Assembly: GCA_049296095.1 (NCBI GenBank) | Contig: JBAQRV010000001.1 | Location: 678,318-710,317, forward strand | DNA length: 32,000 nucleotides | Direction: 5' to 3' | DNA from: Candidatus Saccharimonadota bacterium | Lineage (GTDB): Bacteria; Patescibacteriota; Saccharimonadia; Saccharimonadales; Saccharimonadaceae | In this document: positions 16,745 through 24,956 of the stretch, in pieces | Numbering within the stretch: position 1 is the first letter of the stretch | Layout of the letters: the number at the start of each line of letters is the position of its first letter | Translations under genes and position numbers: made by a program | Notes under the pieces: generated by a model | Told to the model about the DNA's origin: nothing | The model's database searches: none | What the model saw: the letters and a program-made list of their open reading frames with translations, nothing else

Positions 16745-17491
16745 TTGAACGGTCAGTTTGTCATTCCTGGACAGTCTGTTGAGTTTACCTCCGTGACCGA
16801 TAGTGCTGAAGTGGTTGATATTACTCATGAGGATATTCATCAAGCACGACAAAAAGAAATTGCAGAGTTCGAACAAGCTGCTGCAACTATTGCTCTCTCG
16901 AGTAGTGCAAGCCCTCTTTATCGTGAAGCCTCTCTTGAAATAGCCAATCGCCCTGATGTACTAAAACCACCAATCGAGATTGAATTTATCCTAGGTAATG
17001 GTGAAAAAATTAGAGCCGCTCGTCAAGACTATCTCGCACAACGTAGCCGAACAATCGAAAGTTTGCGCGGGATGGCTGCTATGCTAGGTCGTCGAATTAC
17101 TCGCATTGATCGCATTGAACACGAACTTATAAATCGCGAAGCAGTAGTTGGTGGTCAGACATTTGTTGATGCACTTGGCTATTCGTTTGTTCCATCAGGT
17201 CAAACATGGCGTTTTTCGTTCCAAGATAGTGAGTGGATTTGGGAGCGATTTAATAATGACGATAAGGAACCTTTTGCGGTGACGCGGTATGTTGCGATTA
17301 GCAATAGACAAAACATACAAGCAATCGAATATCACATTAATCATCCTGGGGTTCTCACTACTGAAATACTTGATAAAAATGCGCTGAGAGCGCTTGGTAT
17401 TTGGACTTACAATACGGCTAATGCGGTCCGAGACAAAGTCTATCTACGGCCAGAATCCTCTGGTGAACATCTGCAAATAGATAAGATATAA
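16745..17491 (+). CDS. Hypothetical protein (248 aa), no recognisable family
   Basis: Long ORF with backbone-like composition. The only upstream-most start is TTG 16745, which overlaps the stop of an 11-codon uORF that has a good SD. The start is uncertain. Confidence 0.6.
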   Translation: MNGQFVIPGQSVEFTSVTDSAEVVDITHEDIHQARQKEIAEFEQAAATIALSSSASPLYREASLEIANRPDVLKPPIEIEFILGNGEKIRAARQDYLAQRSRTIESLRGMAAMLGRRITRIDRIEHELINREAVVGGQTFVDALGYSFVPSGQTWRFSFQDSEWIWERFNNDDKEPFAVTRYVAISNRQNIQAIEYHINHPGVLTTEILDKNALRALGIWTYNTANAVRDKVYLRPESSGEHLQIDKI

Positions 17492-17492
17492 C

Positions 17493-17501
17493 TGGTATAA
17501 T
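17493..17501 (+). promoter_or_regulatory. Extended -10 TGgTATAAT 6 nt upstream of GTG 17508 (leaderless-type)
   Basis: cTGgTATAATagaacgGTG. Confidence 0.45.
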
Positions 17502-17507
17502 AGAACG

Positions 17508-18665
17508 GTGAATAAAGAGGTGATCTATCTCGATCATGCGGCGGCGACGCCCATGGCACCGAAAGTCATTGCGGCGATGCAGCCGTATTTTTCTGATGAC
17601 TTTTATAATCCCTCTGCTCCTTATGCGCCAGCCGTAGCGGTGCGTCGGGCATACGAACAAGCAAAGCAAATCATTGCCCAGACTATTGGAGCACGTGGCG
17701 ACGAAATCGTCATCACGGCTGGGGCAACCGAATCAATCAGCTTGGCTTTTCATAGCATTGGCGGGCATATCGTGACTGCTAATATTGAGCATCATGCTGT
17801 TCTTGAGGCGGCCAAACGATTCGATCATACAATTGTATCGGCTGATGAACGGGGTTTTGTGCCTGCCGATGTGATTCGTCAGGCAATCACTCCCGAGACG
17901 CGTTTAGTGAGTATCGCACTCGCTAACAATGAGCTAGGAACCGTCCAGCCGTTAAGAGATATCGCCGAAATTGTTCGAACCGAACGTGAAGCTCGTCTGG
18001 CTCGTGGCGATCACACCCCAATCTACCTTCATAGTGACGCGTCACAAGGTGTCGGTCAGCTTGATGTGAACGTTGCTCGACTTGGGCTTGATCTGGTGAC
18101 ACTCAACGCCTCGAAAGTCTATGGTCCAAAACAGGTCGGGCTACTCTGGGCGGCGAGCCATGTTGTACTAGCTCCGCAAATTGTTGGTGGTGGACAAGAA
18201 AGAGGGCTGCGTAGTGGTACCGAGAATGTCGCCGGGACAGTTGGGTTTGCAAAAGCAATGGAACTTGCTCAGGAGCATCGTAAATATGAAGCTGATCGCC
18301 TGATGAAACTTCGAGACTCACTTCAGCAAAAGTTGGTCGCGGCCTTTCCAGAGGCGGTTCTGTCAGGTCACCAAAAACATCGTTTAGCAGGGCATCTGCA
18401 TATTTCATTCCCTCATCTCGATGCAGAGCGAGTATTGTTCGCCCTAGAGTCGCGAGGTGTCCTTGTTGCAACCGGCAGTGCCTGTGCTGCAAACAAAGGG
18501 ACTCGTTCTCATGTTCTGACTGCTATTGGATTAACTCCTGAAGTTGCCGACGGCAGTCTTCGCATGACCCTCGGCCATCTCTCAAATGAAGAGAATATCG
18601 CGCGGGCAGCAGAGATTATTATCGAAGAAGTTCAGCGTGAATATGACAGGATGGCTCGTTTATGA
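17508..18665 (+). CDS. Cysteine desulfurase (NifS/IscS-like class V aminotransferase)
   Basis: 385 aa. IYLDHAAATP, PLP-lysine context LNASKVYGPKQVG, GGGQERGLRSGTENV, ATGSACAA. Confidence 0.9.
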   Translation: MNKEVIYLDHAAATPMAPKVIAAMQPYFSDDFYNPSAPYAPAVAVRRAYEQAKQIIAQTIGARGDEIVITAGATESISLAFHSIGGHIVTANIEHHAVLEAAKRFDHTIVSADERGFVPADVIRQAITPETRLVSIALANNELGTVQPLRDIAEIVRTEREARLARGDHTPIYLHSDASQGVGQLDVNVARLGLDLVTLNASKVYGPKQVGLLWAASHVVLAPQIVGGGQERGLRSGTENVAGTVGFAKAMELAQEHRKYEADRLMKLRDSLQQKLVAAFPEAVLSGHQKHRLAGHLHISFPHLDAERVLFALESRGVLVATGSACAANKGTRSHVLTAIGLTPEVADGSLRMTLGHLSNEENIARAAEIIIEEVQREYDRMARL

Positions 18666-19264
18666 AATGGTTGATCGTTATTCCGATCGTACTGGTTGCT
18701 TTCATTGTTGGGGTGAGTTTTTACTTACAACCTAATGACTTTATTGGTTGCCAAGATCGCCCATTAGAAGGCTCGGGCCACTGTGAAGCGGCTGATGCAA
18801 TTGTTGTTGTCAGTGGCGGAGATACAAATGCCCGTACCGATGAGGGTATTCGACTATTTGACAATGGTTGGGCCGAAAGCATTATCTTTTCTGGCGCGGC
18901 TCAGGATAAAACGGGCCTCAGCAATGCTGCGGCAATGCGCAATCGAGCACTCGCGGCAGGCGTACCCCAATCTGCTATTTATGTTGACGAATTCTCTGAG
19001 ACGACTGAACAGAATGCTGAGAATACACAGTCAATTTTTACGCGTCATGGCTTTGACAAGGTAATCCTGGTCACCTCTGGCTATCACCAGCGCCGTGCAG
19101 ATTTAGAGTTTGAAAAAAGAGCAAGTGACGTCAAAATTCTCAACCATCCATTACTGGTCGACAAAGACTGGTCGATGTGGTGGTGGCTGACACCTCGAGG
19201 CTGGTGGTTGGCTGGTGGTGAAATGGTGAAGGTAATAGCCTTTTATATTCAGGGAGTGCGTTGA
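18662..19264 (+). CDS. DUF218 / YdcF-ElyC-SanA family protein with an N-terminal TM helix
   Basis: 200 aa. The VVVSGGD and ILVTSGYHQRRA motifs are typical of DUF218. It overlaps the upstream gene by ATGA and the downstream gene by TGATG. Confidence 0.75.
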   Translation: MKWLIVIPIVLVAFIVGVSFYLQPNDFIGCQDRPLEGSGHCEAADAIVVVSGGDTNARTDEGIRLFDNGWAESIIFSGAAQDKTGLSNAAAMRNRALAAGVPQSAIYVDEFSETTEQNAENTQSIFTRHGFDKVILVTSGYHQRRADLEFEKRASDVKILNHPLLVDKDWSMWWWLTPRGWWLAGGEMVKVIAFYIQGVR

Positions 19265-20301
19265 TGAAAAAAGTCTATGTCGGGATGAGCGGTGGCGTTG
19301 ATTCGTCTTTGACGGCTGCCCTTTTGAAAGAGCAAGGTTACGACGTCACTGGCGTGTATATGAAAAACTGGACACAGGACTTGCCTGGTATGAAATGCCC
19401 CTGGGCAGATGATTTGGCCGATGCCAAGCGTGTCGCCGTGCAGCTCGGTATTGATTTTAAGGTTTTTGATTTCGAGAACGAGTACAAACACAAAGTCGTC
19501 GATTATATGATCAACGAATATAAACTCGGTCGCACACCCAATCCAGATATCATGTGTAACCAAGAGGTGAAGTTTAAACTTTTTCTTGAAACAGCTCTCG
19601 AGGACGGCGCCGACATGATCGCCACTGGTCACTATGCACGAGTGGAGGATGGTGTACTCAAGCAAGCAGCTGATACCAATAAAGATCAGACATATTTCCT
19701 CTACCGTGTTACCGGTGAAGCTCTGTCGAAGACGCTCTTTCCACTCGGTGAGTACACCAAGCCTCAGGTGCGTGAAATGGCTAAAGAGTGTGGCCTCTCA
19801 ACCGCAGCCAAAAAGGACAGCCAAGGCATTTGTTTTGTCGGTCAAATTGGTATTCGTGAATTCTTATCTCAGTATGTTGAGCAAACTGCTGGGGCGATTA
19901 TCGATAAAAAATCTGGCAAGAAATTGGGGCAACATGATGGAGCGATTTTCTACACCATTGGACAGCGCCACGGACTAGATCTAGGTGGGGGGTTGCCGTA
20001 CTACGTGGTTGGGAAGGATATGGACAAGAACGAAGTCTACGTCACGACCGATCTAAACGACGAGAGTTTATGGAAGCCAGAACTGACTTTAACGGCAGTG
20101 CATTGGATTAATAAAGCGCCGAAAGCGGGTGAGTACGAGATCCGAGTTCGTCACCGCGCAGCATTAGCAAAAGCAACCTTATCGTATGAGGGTAATGAAG
20201 TAAAATTAGTGCTTCATCACCCCGAGCGCGCTGTCGCCGCTGGACAGTCGGTGGTTGTTTACGACGATACCGTCTGCTTGGGTGGCGGCATCGTCGCCTA
20301 A
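19264..20301 (+). CDS. mnmA: tRNA 2-thiouridine(34) synthase MnmA
   Basis: PP-loop VGMSGGVDSS, CNQEVKF, ATGHYAR, DQTYFL. ATG 19264 is preferred over the track's TTG 19261, with GGAG 8 nt upstream. Confidence 0.92.
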   Translation: MKKVYVGMSGGVDSSLTAALLKEQGYDVTGVYMKNWTQDLPGMKCPWADDLADAKRVAVQLGIDFKVFDFENEYKHKVVDYMINEYKLGRTPNPDIMCNQEVKFKLFLETALEDGADMIATGHYARVEDGVLKQAADTNKDQTYFLYRVTGEALSKTLFPLGEYTKPQVREMAKECGLSTAAKKDSQGICFVGQIGIREFLSQYVEQTAGAIIDKKSGKKLGQHDGAIFYTIGQRHGLDLGGGLPYYVVGKDMDKNEVYVTTDLNDESLWKPELTLTAVHWINKAPKAGEYEIRVRHRAALAKATLSYEGNEVKLVLHHPERAVAAGQSVVVYDDTVCLGGGIVA

Positions 20302-20371
20302 CCGTCTCTCAGCAAATCCTCATACCAACTTTGTATACTAAGGGGGTATCAATCGTAACATAGGAGGTTTT

Positions 20372-20632
20372 ATGGGATTCTTTGACGATGCTAAAGACAA
20401 CGTAAAGGATGCAGCCGAGGATGTTAAAGATAACACTCAGCAAGCAGTAGAAAACGCACAGGACATGGTGGGTGATGCTGCTGAAAAAGCTAAGGACGTT
20501 GCGGGTGACGTAAAAGAACATGTCGCCGACAAAGCTGAAGACGCCAAAGATGCATTTGTGGAGAAAAAAGAAGACGTACAAGATGCCATTGGTGAAAAGG
20601 TAGAAGAAGTCAAAGACCGCTTCGACCGATAG
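20372..20632 (+). CDS. Small acidic protein built of seven 11-residue repeats (LEA group 3-like amphipathic helix pattern)
   Basis: 86 aa with a strong SD AGGAGG 5 nt upstream. After MGFFD the sequence parses exactly into 11-mers: DAKDNVKDAAE DVKDNTQQAVE NAQDMVGDAAE KAKDVAGDVKE HVADKAEDAKD AFVEKKEDVQD AIGEKVEEVKD. It is followed by a good terminator. Confidence 0.75.
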   Translation: MGFFDDAKDNVKDAAEDVKDNTQQAVENAQDMVGDAAEKAKDVAGDVKEHVADKAEDAKDAFVEKKEDVQDAIGEKVEEVKDRFDR

Positions 20633-20652
20633 CATTCACTGACAATTCAACA

Positions 20653-20684
20653 AACTACCGCTACTTGTGGGGCGGTAGTTTTTT
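20653..20684 (+). terminator. Rho-independent terminator
   Basis: aactaccgc (20653-20661) pairs with gcggtagtt (20672-20680), giving 9 bp and a 10-nt loop. The T-run extends to 20684. Confidence 0.8.
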
Positions 20685-20695
20685 ATTGGAGATTC

Positions 20696-20704
20696 TGGTA
20701 GAAT
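20696..20704 (+). promoter_or_regulatory. Extended -10 TGgTAGAAT 7 nt upstream of the alaS ATG (leaderless-type)
   Basis: cTGgTAGAATaacagagATG. Confidence 0.45.
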
Positions 20705-20711
20705 AACAGAG

Positions 20712-22604
20712 ATGAACGCCCAAGAAATCCGTAATGCGTACCTCGCATTCTTTAAAGAACGTGGCCATGCGATTATTCCGCGGGCCAAATTAGTGCCGTA
20801 TAACGACCCGACAACCTTATTCACTGGTAGTGGTATGCAGCCTCTTCTCCCTTATCTTTTGGGTGAGCCACACCAGGATGGGGTGCGACTGGTAGATAGT
20901 CAGACCTCACTCCGCGCTCAAGACATCGAGGATGTCGGCGACAACCGCCATACGACCTTCTTTGAGATGCTAGGGAACTGGAGCCTGGGCGATTATTTTA
21001 AAGAACAGCAGATTCGTTGGTTCTTTGAATTCTTGGTAGATGTGGTTGGGCTTGATCCGAACAAGATATACGTGACGGCCTTTATTGGTGATGAGAAACA
21101 TGGTATCCCTCGCGACGACGAGGCGGCTACTATCTGGCAGAAGGTCTTTGAAGAAAAGGGGATTGAAGCCAAAATCGTTGAAATCGGTAGTCAAAAGGAT
21201 GGTGATGAGCGCGGCATTAAACCAGGTGAGCGTATCTTCTTTTACGATGACGGCGAAAATTGGTGGTCTCGAGGTGGTGGACTCGACAAGACTCCTATCG
21301 GCGATCCTTGTGGTCCCGATAGTGAGGTGTTTTATGATTTTGGTCCCCAGAACCATGCCGAGGGGTATGGCTTGGCACATCCAGCTAGTGACAGCGGTCA
21401 GTTTATGGAGATTGGCAATCAGGTCTTTATGCAGTATCGCCGTCTGGAAGATGGCTCGTTTACACCGCTTGAAAAGAAAAACGTTGATTTTGGCGGCGGC
21501 CTTGAACGTATCGCGGCAGCTCGCATTGATAGTCCTGACGTGTTCAAAATTAGTATCCTCTGGCCGATTATTGAGAAGCTCCAGGAACTATCTGGGAAAG
21601 ACTATGAATCGCACACTGTCAGTATGCGCGTCATCGCTGACCACCTGCGGGCTGCGACTTTCCTGGCTGTTGATGACGTCAAACCAGCAAACAAAGAGCA
21701 GGGCTACGTCATGCGACGCTTGCTCCGCCGTGCGATCCGATTCGCTTTTGACTTGGGTATTGAACAAAACTTCCTCGAAGAAATTGTCCCGGTCATTGCC
21801 GATATGTACGTTGAGGATTACCCAGAAGTTGCTGCGAAGCGCGATGAAGTGATTGCAACACTCGTTAAGGAAGAAAAGGTGTTCCGCCAGACGCTACGAA
21901 AGGGTATTAACGAGCTTTTGAAGCGCAAAGAAAACGGCCTGACTGGTGCGGAAATCTTTACGCTCTATGATACCTATGGTTTCCCGGTGGAACTTTCAAC
22001 CGAAGAAGCATTCAAGCAAGACATTACCTTGTCTGATACTTGGCGCGAAGAATTCGATGCCAAGATGAAGGAACAACGTGAGCGCTCGCAAACTGCAGCC
22101 AAAGGAACTTTCAAGGGTGGCCTCGGTGGGCAGACATTGCAGCACAAGAAATATCACACCGCGACCCATTTGATGTATGCAGCCCTTCGCCAGGTCCTCG
22201 GTGATCATGTTGTTCAACACGGCTCGAATATCACCGAAGAGCGCCTTCGTTTTGACTTTTCTCATCCTGAAAAAATGACCCCTGAGCAGATTCAAGAGGT
22301 CGAGGATATTGTCAACGCCGAAATCGCCAAAGACCTAAAGGTGAGCTATGCTGAATACCCAACCAAAGTAGCTCGTGAAGAAATGGGTGCTTTGGGACAA
22401 TTTGGTGATCGCTATGGAGAAACCGTCAAGGTCTACAAGATGATTGCTGATGGTGCTAAAAAACCATTTAGCTTTGAAATCTGCGGTGGTCCTCACGTTG
22501 ATCACACCCACGAACTGACCGAGCCAGACGGTAAGAAGTTCAAGATTATTAAAGAAGAATCAAGCAGCGCCGGCATCAGGCGTATCAAAGCTATCCTCGC
22601 CTAA
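20712..22604 (+). CDS. alaS: Alanine--tRNA ligase, short form ending after the editing domain (no C-Ala domain)
   Basis: 630 aa. The N-terminus EIRNAYLAFFKERGHAIIP, FEMLGNWSLGDYF, editing-domain HTATHLMYAALRQVLG and CGGPHV motifs are present. It ends at ...SSSAGIRRIKAILA. Confidence 0.92.
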   Translation: MNAQEIRNAYLAFFKERGHAIIPRAKLVPYNDPTTLFTGSGMQPLLPYLLGEPHQDGVRLVDSQTSLRAQDIEDVGDNRHTTFFEMLGNWSLGDYFKEQQIRWFFEFLVDVVGLDPNKIYVTAFIGDEKHGIPRDDEAATIWQKVFEEKGIEAKIVEIGSQKDGDERGIKPGERIFFYDDGENWWSRGGGLDKTPIGDPCGPDSEVFYDFGPQNHAEGYGLAHPASDSGQFMEIGNQVFMQYRRLEDGSFTPLEKKNVDFGGGLERIAAARIDSPDVFKISILWPIIEKLQELSGKDYESHTVSMRVIADHLRAATFLAVDDVKPANKEQGYVMRRLLRRAIRFAFDLGIEQNFLEEIVPVIADMYVEDYPEVAAKRDEVIATLVKEEKVFRQTLRKGINELLKRKENGLTGAEIFTLYDTYGFPVELSTEEAFKQDITLSDTWREEFDAKMKEQRERSQTAAKGTFKGGLGGQTLQHKKYHTATHLMYAALRQVLGDHVVQHGSNITEERLRFDFSHPEKMTPEQIQEVEDIVNAEIAKDLKVSYAEYPTKVAREEMGALGQFGDRYGETVKVYKMIADGAKKPFSFEICGGPHVDHTHELTEPDGKKFKIIKEESSSAGIRRIKAILA

Positions 22605-23609
22605 AGCGAAATTAACTTCTCGACGGAGCCGTTCAAGCGATTTTTCATCATCTGCAGCCGCATGTTCAATAGCAATTTCTTCGGGGTCTTCGCTGATTGA
22701 TTCACTTTGAAGGATAGGTAGTGAGTCGCTAAGAATAAGTTCAACTTCTTTTTTAATCAGCTTTCGGAAGAATTCAATTTGCTCGATGCTTGGGCGAACT
22801 TCGGCCGAAAGAGTCTCAGCAAATACGTAGAATTTAAGAGTGATTCCGGTCTTCGTATCGCCTTCGATGCTCATCGTCTGGTCACTAGCTGTGTCTGTAT
22901 AAAAGAAAGAAAAAGTAACGTCCTGGTTCTCTTTTCTAAAGTCGAGTTCAGTGTCACCATCTCTAAAGATGTAAGTGCCTTTTGTCGCAATATCACCAAG
23001 CGCTTTTTCGCGAAGCGTTTCGATCAAAAAGCCGAAAGAACTGGCTTCGAGTAAGTCCTTTTGATCGAGGCCTTCATAATCAGCTCGTCCAGTGGCAAGA
23101 CTCATCAGTAATTCATTCACCTCTAATCGAGTCAATGAACGAGATGGTAGATGGTCGGTTTTAGGTAGCTCGGGTTGTACTATTGGTGCAAGAAGAATAT
23201 AGTCTTCGTCCTCGTGTTCAGGGTCATTATTGCGTTGGATAGTATGTGTAATGTGATTTTGAGTAAGATACAGCTCAATATAGTTGATATTCACAGCAGT
23301 ATCATCGTACTCAATTCCGTCGTCAGAACCATCAACAAGATTTCCTTGTGTTTTCGCAACGCCAGCCTTTAAAGTAATCATTTCTGGTTGATCAAATGCC
23401 TCGAGTGACGGGTATGTGACGTTTGGATGAAGAAAAGCAGGAAAATCGAGTTTGTAATCGATATGTTGAGCTTGTTGGTGTGAATGGAGGAGCTCGATTA
23501 GTGTTGAGGATTCAATTAAAAGCTCACCGATACTCTCGAGCCGTTCGTATTCCTTTTCCTGCTCAGTTTTCGGTGTGAGTGATTCGTTCTCTGAGGGATG
23601 GTGATCCAT
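22560..23609 (-). CDS. Hypothetical acidic cytoplasmic protein (349 aa), no recognisable family
   Basis: The only long minus-strand ORF in the backbone. An extended -10 (TGaTATAAT on the minus strand, 23618-23626) lies 8 nt before the ATG at 23609. The 3' end overlaps the alaS 3' end by 45 nt. Confidence 0.65.
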   Translation of the reverse strand: MDHHPSENESLTPKTEQEKEYERLESIGELLIESSTLIELLHSHQQAQHIDYKLDFPAFLHPNVTYPSLEAFDQPEMITLKAGVAKTQGNLVDGSDDGIEYDDTAVNINYIELYLTQNHITHTIQRNNDPEHEDEDYILLAPIVQPELPKTDHLPSRSLTRLEVNELLMSLATGRADYEGLDQKDLLEASSFGFLIETLREKALGDIATKGTYIFRDGDTELDFRKENQDVTFSFFYTDTASDQTMSIEGDTKTGITLKFYVFAETLSAEVRPSIEQIEFFRKLIKKEVELILSDSLPILQSESISEDPEEIAIEHAAADDEKSLERLRREVNFALGEDSFDTPDAGAA

Positions 23610-23678
23610 ATACTATAATTATATCACAAACACAACCATTTTACAACCCCGTAGGACCATAAGCACCTTTGTTATATA

Positions 23679-24956
23679 ATGGAATCACCTATGGTATTAG
23701 AAAAACTCCGAAAGGCTCGCAAAAAAGCGGCTGAAAATGACTACATTGTTGCCCTTGATATTGGGACTGAATTTGTAAAGGCTTTGATCGCAAAGCTCGA
23801 GAATGATGAATTACAGATCGTTGGCGTCGGGCGGGCTCGTCAAGACGTTAGTGACATGCACTCTGGGGCGATTGCCGATATCGCTGGTGTCGTCCGTAAT
23901 TGTGAGGAAGCTCTAGCCGACGCCGAAGAACAGGCTGGCTTACAGGCAAAACAAGTGGTGATTGGTATTGCTGGCGAGCTTGTCAAAGGCGTTACGGACA
24001 CTATCCGCTATCGCCGTCCTCAGCCAGATCGTCCCCTTGATTCCTCTGAAATGGAATTTATCATCGAAAAGGTCCAGGAGCGTGCTCAGATTAAGGCACA
24101 GAAACAGATTGCACTCGAGACTGGCAACGATGAAGTCGAGGTAAAGTTGGTGAACAGCGCGCTGGTCAGTATTCACATTGATGGTTATAAAGTCAGCAAC
24201 CCGATCGGTTTCCAAGGTAAGGATGTTGCCGTTCAGATTTATACCGCCTTTGCGCCGATGGTGCACATTGGAGCGCTGGAACGGGTGGCTGATGAACTCT
24301 CGCTCGAACTTCTGGCAGTTGCGGCTGAGCCGTTTGCTGTCAGTCGAAGTGTCCTTGGAAACGATGCGAGCAGCAACTTTACTGCCATTCTCGCTGATGT
24401 CGGTGGTGGAACAACTGATATCGCGGTTGTTAACGACGGTGGTGTAGAAGGTACCAAGATGTTCGGTATCGGCGGACGAAGCTTTACGCAGACCATCGCC
24501 AGTGAGATGAGCCTCAGCTATAAAGATGCTGAAAAACTTAAGGTGAACATTGATCATTCCCAGATCAAACCTGCCGTGCAAAAGGAAGTGAATGAAGCTA
24601 TTGATAAGACACTAGAGGTTTGGCTGGCCGGCGTTGAACTTGCCTTAAGTGAGTTCGATTCCGTCGATCACTTGCCAAATCGGATTCTCCTTTGTGGAGG
24701 TGGCTCAAGTCTTGAGAAATTGGTGAAAGCACTTGAAGGTTCGGACTGGCACAAGGACCTGCCATTTACCAGAAAGCCAACCGTACACCATATTAACCCT
24801 TCTGAAGTGATCGGTGTTGTCGACAAAACAAACGATGTCACCGACCATACGATGATCACGGCCATGGGACTTCTACGGGTTGGCTATGATACACTAATAG
24901 GGAGTGGAGAAGGGGATTCGATCAAAGATAAATTTAATCGGCTCCTACGAATCTAA
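23679..24956 (+). CDS. ftsA: Cell division protein FtsA (actin-like ATPase)
   Basis: IVALDIGTEFVKALIA, ADVGGGTTDIAV, and a C-terminal amphipathic tail IKDKFNRLLRI. TATAAT at 23675-23680 overlaps ATG 23679, so ATG 23691 may be the true (near-leaderless) start. Confidence 0.88.
   Translation: MESPMVLEKLRKARKKAAENDYIVALDIGTEFVKALIAKLENDELQIVGVGRARQDVSDMHSGAIADIAGVVRNCEEALADAEEQAGLQAKQVVIGIAGELVKGVTDTIRYRRPQPDRPLDSSEMEFIIEKVQERAQIKAQKQIALETGNDEVEVKLVNSALVSIHIDGYKVSNPIGFQGKDVAVQIYTAFAPMVHIGALERVADELSLELLAVAAEPFAVSRSVLGNDASSNFTAILADVGGGTTDIAVVNDGGVEGTKMFGIGGRSFTQTIASEMSLSYKDAEKLKVNIDHSQIKPAVQKEVNEAIDKTLEVWLAGVELALSEFDSVDHLPNRILLCGGGSSLEKLVKALEGSDWHKDLPFTRKPTVHHINPSEVIGVVDKTNDVTDHTMITAMGLLRVGYDTLIGSGEGDSIKDKFNRLLRI

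Noticed and set aside
21085-21852. 255-aa ORF in an alternative frame inside alaS, and the 213-aa antisense ORF 23940..24581 inside ftsA
   Set aside because: They lie fully within confidently identified conserved genes. The products are low-complexity and Ser/Leu/Arg-rich, typical shadow ORFs.
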